This document shows, in pieces, positions 57,448 through 64,000 of a DNA stretch of 64,000 nucleotides; position 1 is the stretch's first letter; the number at the start of each line of letters is the position of its first letter. The DNA is taken from the NCBI GenBank assembly GCA_964540825.1, contig CAZINT010000003.1, forward strand, positions 147,250 through 211,249. Reading direction: 5' to 3'. Position numbers and translations under genes: made by a program. This stretch comes from an uncultured Gammaproteobacteria bacterium. Lineage in GTDB: Bacteria; Patescibacteriota; Patescibacteriia; Magasanikbacterales; GWA2-37-8. Under the pieces are notes generated by a model, which did not search any database, was not told the origin of the DNA, and was given only the letters and a program-made list of their open reading frames with translations.

Positions 57448-58614
57448 ATGGAACAACCTTTTTTTCAAATTATCCATAAAGACACGGACAGCAAAGCGCG
57501 CACCGGCATCATGCACACCGACCACGGCGATATTGAAACGCCGATTTTTATGCCGGTTGGAACACAAGGTACGGTCAAAACACTTGACCAAACCGATTTA
57601 CATAACATCAACGCTCAAATTATTTTGGGAAACACCTATCACCTGCACCTTCGCCCGGGCGAAGGCGTCCTCGATGTTCAAGGTGGACTCCATAAATTTA
57701 TGAACTGGGACCGCCCCATTCTGACTGATAGCGGCGGATTTCAGGTTTTCAGTCTTGGTCTGCAAAAAGAAAAAAAGGCAGTGCAAGATCAAGGAAAATT
57801 AGTTTCAATCACTGACGACGGTGTCACATTTACTTCGCATATTGATGGGTCTAAACACGTCTTTACTCCCGAGAGTGCAATAAACATCCAACATCAAATT
57901 GGCGCCGATATCATCATGGCGTTTGACGAATGCACCCCCGATGATGCTACTCCCGAGTATGCCCGTAAAGCCCTCAACCGAACCCATGCCTGGGCCAAAC
58001 GCTGCATTGACGAGCATCAAAAAAATACCCGTCACCACGGCTACCGCCAATTTTTGTTCGGTATTATTCAAGGGGCGGTCCACCGGGACCTGCGCGAAGA
58101 ATCCGCCAAATTTATTGCCAGCCTCCCTTTTGACGGCATTGCGATTGGCGGGGAATCGATCGGCTACAACATGGCGGGAACGGCAGAAATTTTGGACTGG
58201 GTATTCCCGCTTATTCCCGAAAATAAACCGCACTACGCAATGGGGGTCGGACTGAATCCTTATGATCTTCTGGTCGCGGTTGAGCACGGCGTCGACATGT
58301 TTGATTGTGTTGCTCCCACCCGCCTGGCCCGCCACGGCATGCTTTATATCAAAGACACTGCTAAAAAACACCGGCTCAATATTAAAAACGGTTCGTTTGC
58401 AAACGACACTCAGCCCATTGACCCAGCATGCTCATGTTCCACGTGCCAGGGGTACACACGCAGCTACGTGCACCACCTCTTTGACGCCGACGAACTTACT
58501 GCGCTGCGCCTCGCGAGCATTCACAACCTCACGTTTTTACTCAATCTCATGACCGAAACCAGAGCAGCTATCAAAGAGAATCGTTTTCTCGAATTAAAAA
58601 AGAGCTGGGAATAA
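57448..58614 (+). CDS. tgt: Queuine tRNA-ribosyltransferase
   Basis: 388 aa; LTDSGGFQ, catalytic Asp, zinc site CxCxxC...H. Confidence 0.9.
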   Translation: MEQPFFQIIHKDTDSKARTGIMHTDHGDIETPIFMPVGTQGTVKTLDQTDLHNINAQIILGNTYHLHLRPGEGVLDVQGGLHKFMNWDRPILTDSGGFQVFSLGLQKEKKAVQDQGKLVSITDDGVTFTSHIDGSKHVFTPESAINIQHQIGADIIMAFDECTPDDATPEYARKALNRTHAWAKRCIDEHQKNTRHHGYRQFLFGIIQGAVHRDLREESAKFIASLPFDGIAIGGESIGYNMAGTAEILDWVFPLIPENKPHYAMGVGLNPYDLLVAVEHGVDMFDCVAPTRLARHGMLYIKDTAKKHRLNIKNGSFANDTQPIDPACSCSTCQGYTRSYVHHLFDADELTALRLASIHNLTFLLNLMTETRAAIKENRFLELKKSWE

Positions 58615-58636
58615 TCCAGCTCTTTTTTAAATTCTT

Positions 58637-58930
58637 TTACGGAGCGACCGAGCTGATATGCTCTTTAATTTTTGCAATGGCCACTTCATCATCTATCTCT
58701 CGTTCCTTAGCATCTATCTCTTGAATAAGCTTGTCGATCTCTTCGGTCCGCTCTAAATAATCTCCCGCCAGCGCGGCGTTAATTTTTAAGTATAAAAGAG
58801 CAAGTTCAGCTGCGGCAGCGGAACGCTCCTGTGGTGTAAGCGCTTCTTCAAGTGAATGGTTTAAAAGCGTCAAGGCTTCTTCCCATTTTTCTTGACCTAC
58901 GAGTCGAGCAACTTCAGCAGAAATATCCAT
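58637..58930 (-). CDS. Hypothetical small helical protein
   Basis: 97 aa. Confidence 0.4.
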   Translation of the reverse strand: MDISAEVARLVGQEKWEEALTLLNHSLEEALTPQERSAAAAELALLYLKINAALAGDYLERTEEIDKLIQEIDAKEREIDDEVAIAKIKEHISSVAP

Positions 58931-58936
58931 ACTTTA

Positions 58937-60880
58937 CTAATTACAGTTTTTAATAGCCTCAGCAATCCAGCGCTGGCGAGCAACACTCAGCGGCTGCTGC
59001 CGAGCAGCTTCCAGCCGCTTCTTTAATAATTGCTTTTTTTCTTGCTGGGATAGTTTTAAGGCTTCAAGCGCTGCTCCAAAAGCGACTTCCGTAGCATCCG
59101 GCTTGGTTAGCAGGCTAAGCGCATACTCTATATTTTTAACCATACGAGCTTCTCGCACATTCTTTGCCCGATCAACTAAATCAGTAAATGACTTTTGTGA
59201 TCCGCCCGCAGGCATATAGTCGACAGCAGTATAATTTTTTGCTTTTTCATAGTGCCGAACAACTTCTGTAAGTCGATCTTGTTTTTTCTGCATGTCATCA
59301 AGATGAGCACGCCTTCTTGCCAGCGCTTCTTCTTCTTTTTTTGAAGCACTTACTAACGCATTCACAACTTTTTCTTCATTTTTTAACCTTTTTTCTTCGT
59401 CACTGAGCACCAGCGCTTCTGCCCCGGCTTCTGCCGGATCATCCGGCGGGCTTTCTTTGAGCTCTTTTTTATATTTTTCTAACCTTTGTCTTTCTTCTTG
59501 CAAAACTTTTACCCTGGCGAGCGTTTCCTTATCGGCAACTTTTTTACGAGCCATAAATGCTTCGTTGTCATTTTGCCACTGCTGCTGGTCATTAACCAAA
59601 TCCTGGCTCTGTTGGGTTAAGGCATGCTCCTCAGTCATAAGCCAAGCCAACTTATCAAACAAAGTTTCTTGAGCAGCCTTAAGCGCTGTCCGCGAACCCA
59701 TCTTTGATTCTAAGAGCTGCTTCTTAGCCTTCTCAAGAAGATCTTTTTTTGCTTGAAGATCTGGTGATTTTTCAGCATGCAAACCATGTTCAGCAAGCGC
59801 TGCTTTAAGCTGGGCGATATCATGCTTGATTTTTTTAAGATCTATTTGATCAAACATGGTCCACTGTGATTTCGACGCAGGAATTACATACCTCTCTCTT
59901 TGGCCAATAGCCCTAATCGCGGCAAATTGCTCGTAGTCTGGAGCTTTCAGAATTCTATCAAGCTTTTTTAAACGCTCTTGCGCTTTATCAAGCTGAGCTG
60001 ATTTGTCACCATCTCTTAACGGCCCAACATGCACTTCGAGCTCATGTTCTAAAGCATGTTTGCCCTCATGAACCGTTTCTTTTACTTTTTTAAAATTATG
60101 GATACTTTCAGTTATCTGCTTAATTTTATCTGTTCCGTCAAGCGTTGGATCTTCCAGACTCATCTTAAGCTGCGACATTTCATCTTCGATTTTCTTAATC
60201 TTTTTTTTCTTAATTCCTTCAAGAAAATTAGACAGGGGGTCGGGTAATATATGTCGATTCAAGCGCAAAACCTCCATTTCCTTTTTAATACTCTGACGCT
60301 TTGCTAATAAGGTTAAATTTCGCTCATCTTCAAGCAAACGATTTTCGTCAACAAAACCCAAAGGAAAATATTCCGCTTCCAGACCCAACTTCCGAATCAG
60401 GTCTATCTGCTGCTGGCCTTGCAGCGTTTTAATCTTTTTAATTCCTTGCAGCTTCTCAGCCGGATCATAGCCTTTTTTAACTGCCATTTCGCTTAAATGA
60501 GCGCCGACTTCCGCGAGGAATTTGTTTGCCTCCGGCTCGTCTTTAGCTTGTATCCCTAGATCTGATTTTAAAACATCCGAGTAGAAATCACTAAATTCTT
60601 TAAGCGCATCTTTTTTAATCAAATATTTTTTCCAGATAGCTTCAAGTTGTTTATTATCAACGCTGAGCAATGCTTTATCGAGTTTGTTGGCTTCAGCGTA
60701 GGCGTCTACAAACTTAACATACTCGGCGTCAGCCAACATTTTTGCAGCATTAAATTTCTCCTCTACCTTAGGAGCATGCTCCGTGTGACCGCTGGGCCCG
60801 CCTTTGGGCGTATCATGGTGACCTCCACCTTTATGTCCGCCGCCAGGTCCTTTGCCCTTTCCCCCACCATGTCCTGCCAT
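58937..60880 (-). CDS. Hypothetical long coiled-coil protein with Gly/His-rich N-terminus
   Basis: 647 aa; MAGHGGGKGKGPGGGHKGGGHH then Lys/Glu-rich heptad-like sequence. Confidence 0.5.
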   Translation of the reverse strand: MAGHGGGKGKGPGGGHKGGGHHDTPKGGPSGHTEHAPKVEEKFNAAKMLADAEYVKFVDAYAEANKLDKALLSVDNKQLEAIWKKYLIKKDALKEFSDFYSDVLKSDLGIQAKDEPEANKFLAEVGAHLSEMAVKKGYDPAEKLQGIKKIKTLQGQQQIDLIRKLGLEAEYFPLGFVDENRLLEDERNLTLLAKRQSIKKEMEVLRLNRHILPDPLSNFLEGIKKKKIKKIEDEMSQLKMSLEDPTLDGTDKIKQITESIHNFKKVKETVHEGKHALEHELEVHVGPLRDGDKSAQLDKAQERLKKLDRILKAPDYEQFAAIRAIGQRERYVIPASKSQWTMFDQIDLKKIKHDIAQLKAALAEHGLHAEKSPDLQAKKDLLEKAKKQLLESKMGSRTALKAAQETLFDKLAWLMTEEHALTQQSQDLVNDQQQWQNDNEAFMARKKVADKETLARVKVLQEERQRLEKYKKELKESPPDDPAEAGAEALVLSDEEKRLKNEEKVVNALVSASKKEEEALARRRAHLDDMQKKQDRLTEVVRHYEKAKNYTAVDYMPAGGSQKSFTDLVDRAKNVREARMVKNIEYALSLLTKPDATEVAFGAALEALKLSQQEKKQLLKKRLEAARQQPLSVARQRWIAEAIKNCN

Positions 60881-60999
60881 AAAAAAATAATAAAAAGTAA
60901 CTGCATACTACCATTTTTTATAAAAAACTACAACTTCTTGCGCTTGCTAAAACAAGCTAATTGCAGTACGCTAAGCAGTGTTTCTCGTAACTACCCCTT

Positions 61000-61488
61000 G
61001 TGACCACCCTGCACCTCATCGTTGTCGGCCGACTTAAAGAATCGTATTGGCAAGAAGCCGAAGCCGAGTACTTGAAACGCCTTTCCCCCTGGGCGGAAGT
61101 TGTGATTCACGAAATTAAAGAAGAAAGTTTTAACGAAAAGGACCCGCCGGAACTCATTAAAGCTCGCGAAGCCGACAAGATCGTGGAAACACTTGAAAAG
61201 ATTAAAGACACCTTTGTACTGGTGCTCGACGGGCGCGGACGAGCTATGAATTCGGTGCAACTCTCCACGCTTATGACCACCTGGCGCGAAGAATTCCATG
61301 CGCTTACCGTGATTATTGGCGGCCCACTTGGACTCGACGATACCATCCTTGGCATTGGCAAACGACCCGGCGGTTTTGCCCTCTCGCTTTCTAACCTCAC
61401 GTTCACCCACCAAATGGCCCGCGTTTTTTTGCTCGAGCAGCTGTATCGTGCTATGATGATCGCGGATGGACGTAAATATCATTACTAA
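61000..61488 (+). CDS. rlmH: 23S rRNA (pseudouridine1915-N3)-methyltransferase RlmH (SPOUT)
   Basis: GTG start; 162 aa; LIVVG..., C-terminal knot GxxLSxxTFxHQMARV. Confidence 0.8.
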   Translation: MTTLHLIVVGRLKESYWQEAEAEYLKRLSPWAEVVIHEIKEESFNEKDPPELIKAREADKIVETLEKIKDTFVLVLDGRGRAMNSVQLSTLMTTWREEFHALTVIIGGPLGLDDTILGIGKRPGGFALSLSNLTFTHQMARVFLLEQLYRAMMIADGRKYHY

Positions 61489-61490
61489 AT

Positions 61491-62306
61491 ATGCATAAGC
61501 ACGTACGGGGGTCGGCGCTTCTCGCCACCATGCTCATTACTGCGGTCGTGAGCGGGGCAATTGTTTATAACTTGGAACACGATTTGTTCCAAAATGCTCT
61601 GCAAGAAAATTATATTTTGTATCAAAAAGAATTTGCCAACCAAAAATTGGCGCTTGATACGCTGCGTTTACGTCAGCAGGTTGAGAATCCCGCGAATACG
61701 GCTGATTTTGGGGCGTTTTGCGCCGCTAATAAAGCACTGTCGCCAAAAATTGTACAAACTCCTGCTGGCAAAGTGGCGCTCAATTCCATTATCAGCGGAA
61801 AACTCACGCTGCAGACCCCGGCCGGTGAAAAAATATTGTCTGATAAAATTAATCTGTACGGCGGCGCTGCTACCGTTACATTTACCACCACCTCTGTACC
61901 CACAGTTGCGCGGGCCTATATTCTTCCAAACAAAGACGGACTTAATGGCGCCGAAGAATTTCATTATGTTGATACCGCCGCTAACACTATAACCAGTATC
62001 AAAGTCAAATACCTCCACCCAACTACCACACTTGAGATTACCCTGCCTAACAAGAGTATCATTGATCTTGCCTATGAACCAACCAAAGGCATCATGGTAA
62101 ACAACAAACTTGGTTTTGCGCTTCCAACGAACGCTCCAACCCTCACCATTTTGTTTAATGGCATCAGTAAAGATCTCAAAACCGTCTATTTTACAATGAC
62201 CAACACCTACAGTTCAGCTTCGGATATGCAGACCGGGCCATATGCGCTTAATCTCGCTACCAAAAAGATTACTTTACTTACAACCGCAACTGACATTCTT
62301 GAATAG
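61491..62306 (+). CDS. Hypothetical secreted/signal-anchored protein
   Basis: 271 aa, N-terminal hydrophobic segment LLATMLITAVVSGAIV. Confidence 0.5.
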   Translation: MHKHVRGSALLATMLITAVVSGAIVYNLEHDLFQNALQENYILYQKEFANQKLALDTLRLRQQVENPANTADFGAFCAANKALSPKIVQTPAGKVALNSIISGKLTLQTPAGEKILSDKINLYGGAATVTFTTTSVPTVARAYILPNKDGLNGAEEFHYVDTAANTITSIKVKYLHPTTTLEITLPNKSIIDLAYEPTKGIMVNNKLGFALPTNAPTLTILFNGISKDLKTVYFTMTNTYSSASDMQTGPYALNLATKKITLLTTATDILE

Positions 62307-62316
62307 CCACCTCCAT

Positions 62317-63300
62317 ATGACCAAACCTGTTATTTTCTCAGGCATCCAACCGACCGGCAACCTCCATATTGGCAATTATTTAGGAGCAGTTAAAAACTGG
62401 GCAGAACTGCAAAACAGCGGCAAGTACGATTGCTTTTTTTTCATTGCCGATTACCACTCGCTTACCGGGCAAGATACGGCTGACGACCGCCGCGCCAAAA
62501 TTCTAAATCTTGCAGCCGAAATTATTGCTCTGGGTGTTGATCCGGAACGCGTTACTTTTTTTGTACAGTCCCACGTCCCTGAGCACACCGAACTGGCTTG
62601 GGTTTTTAACTGTGTCACGCCAGTTGCCGAGCTTGAACGCATGACCCAGTTCAAAGATAAAGCCAGCCGTCAGGAAAAAAATATTAATGCTGGCCTCCTC
62701 ACGTACCCGGTTCTTCAAGTCGCCGATGTACTCCTTTACCACGGCACACTCGTTCCGGTTGGGCAGGATCAAGTGCAACACATCGAACTCATTCGGATTG
62801 TGGCACGCGCCTTCAACAAACGCTACGGCGAATACTTCTCAGAAACCAAACATCTTTTAACCGAGTTCCCCAAGGTTATGAGCCTTTTGGAACCAGCCAA
62901 AAAAATGAGCAAGTCGCTCGGCGCTGGTCACATAATCGAACTTTCCGAAGAACCGGCACAGATCGAAGCCAAACTTAAAAAGGCTGTAACCGCAACCGAA
63001 GGCGGCGCTGAGGCTCCGGGCGTTCAGAACCTTCTCGCGCTCCTTAAAGAATTTGGCAGCAGCGAGATCTACGAAACACTTGCCAAAGCGGAGAAAAATG
63101 GTACGATCCGTTATGGAGACTTGAAGCACGAATTGGCCACAGCCATTGCCACGTACTTCGCCGACTTCCGCGCCAAACGCAACGAACTTTTAGCAAACCC
63201 AAAAGAACTAGAAAATATTCTCGGAATTGGAGCGGCAAAAGCACAAAAAGTGGCCGCTAAAACCATGCAGGACGTTCGAAAACTTGTCGGCATCCGCTAG
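62317..63300 (+). CDS. trpS: Tryptophanyl-tRNA synthetase
   Basis: Start at MTKPVIFSGIQPTGNLHIGNY (HIGH), KMSKS present. Confidence 0.9.
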   Translation: MTKPVIFSGIQPTGNLHIGNYLGAVKNWAELQNSGKYDCFFFIADYHSLTGQDTADDRRAKILNLAAEIIALGVDPERVTFFVQSHVPEHTELAWVFNCVTPVAELERMTQFKDKASRQEKNINAGLLTYPVLQVADVLLYHGTLVPVGQDQVQHIELIRIVARAFNKRYGEYFSETKHLLTEFPKVMSLLEPAKKMSKSLGAGHIIELSEEPAQIEAKLKKAVTATEGGAEAPGVQNLLALLKEFGSSEIYETLAKAEKNGTIRYGDLKHELATAIATYFADFRAKRNELLANPKELENILGIGAAKAQKVAAKTMQDVRKLVGIR

Positions 63301-63314
63301 TTCTTTAAAAAATT

Positions 63315-63362
63315 CCGTTAAGGAAAAGAGGTGTTTTTTAAGACGCCTTTTTTCCTTAACGG
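63315..63362 (+). terminator. Hairpin terminator of trpS
   Basis: ccgttaaggaaaa ... ttttccttaacgg with an internal T-run. Confidence 0.55.
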
Positions 63363-63384
63363 AAAAAACTACCTGGAGGCTGTC

Positions 63385-64000
63385 ATGCCACAAAAACCGC
63401 GTCGACAGAACCCGAAGCCGAGAACGCTTCTCGGGGTGCAGGGCGTTGTGTTCCTGCGCTTTACGTCAGCTTTGCTCCTTACCGGTGCTTGCTGGTGGAT
63501 CTGGACTCGAACCAACGCTGGCTCATTGCAGTGGTGGGAGGCCCCGCTCTTAGCACTTCTGGTGCTTTTTGTCTCGCCCACGGAGCTTCTCGCGCACAAA
63601 TACGGACTCCACCACCTTCCGAAGCACATCACCATCTGGGGCTTTACAATCAAACTCCCGGACACGAGTTCTGCCCGGCATCACCGCCTCCATCACCGTA
63701 AACAAGCCCGAGTGGAGTGGATTTTTATTCCGCTCGCCGCCGCACTGCTTGTGGTCTTCGGGCTCTCGGGGATCGGCACGCTCCTCAGCAACCTTACCGA
63801 CTTCCCGGTGGTCGCTGTCGCCGACATCTGCGCCTTCGTCTTTCTGAGAGTCCTTTGGGAAGAGGAGATGCACTACCTGGCGCATTGCACCTCCTACAAG
63901 CCAGAAGCTGGCACGCTCTGGGCGGGGTACGTGTTGAGAGTAACGACCCCACACAAGCGCCATCACCAGCGCAACGAAAAATTCAACTGGGAAGTGAGCA
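63385..64000 (+). CDS. Partial (runs off the window) hypothetical His-rich membrane protein (G+C-rich)
   Basis: SD GGAGG 6 nt before the ATG; no stop before the window end; several hydrophobic segments; HHRLHH, KRHHQR. Confidence 0.4.
   Translation, partial: MPQKPRRQNPKPRTLLGVQGVVFLRFTSALLLTGACWWIWTRTNAGSLQWWEAPLLALLVLFVSPTELLAHKYGLHHLPKHITIWGFTIKLPDTSSARHHRLHHRKQARVEWIFIPLAAALLVVFGLSGIGTLLSNLTDFPVVAVADICAFVFLRVLWEEEMHYLAHCTSYKPEAGTLWAGYVLRVTTPHKRHHQRNEKFNWEVS

Noticed and set aside
1-64000. CRISPR arrays, rRNA genes, transposase or integrase genes
   Set aside because: Scanning found no regularly spaced short direct repeats and no transposase- or integrase-like ORFs. The only repeats are the 455-bp gene-conversion repeat, the 16-nt tRNA-end duplicate and the family terminator motif.

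Overview
The window is a compact genome segment with low G+C (about 40-45% by eye) read in the standard genetic code. It carries the ribosomal str/S10/spc gene cluster (rpsL-rpsG-fusA ... tuf-rpsJ-rplCDWB-rpsS-rplV-rpsC-rplP-rpmC-rpsQ-rplNXE-rpsZ-rpsH-rplFR-rpsE-rplO-secY-adk-map). There is no L30 gene between rpsE and rplO, which, together with the small size and low G+C, suggests a CPR/Patescibacteria-like organism (inference). Housekeeping genes also present are recG, der, pth, dprA, topA, rel, parAB, tRNA-Leu, a metallophosphoesterase, asnS, recO, ruvX, a UvrD/PcrA helicase, tgt, rlmH and trpS. Scattered through this core are conspicuously G+C-rich blocks (roughly 60-70% by eye). Nearly all of them encode secreted, lipid-anchored, membrane or very small proteins, and they carry host-style Shine-Dalgarno sites and AT-rich promoters. 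The most striking is a ~11 kb tandem array (17.6-28.9 kb) of eight same-strand genes for signal-peptide-bearing, Pro/Gly/Ala-rich modular proteins. Six of these end in one of two conserved hydrophobic C-terminal modules, each followed by a conserved hairpin-terminator cassette. The array includes a ~455 bp near-identical direct repeat spanning the 3' ends of two paralogs. It lies about 2 kb downstream of a tRNA-Leu gene, with the metallophosphoesterase gene in between, and the 3' 16 nt of that tRNA are duplicated 155 bp further on, an integration-like scar. I interpret the array as an accessory variable surface-protein system that has not been described. No CRISPR array, rRNA or obvious mobile-element gene is present in the window. 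All calls rest on reading the sequence by eye; no database searches were run.
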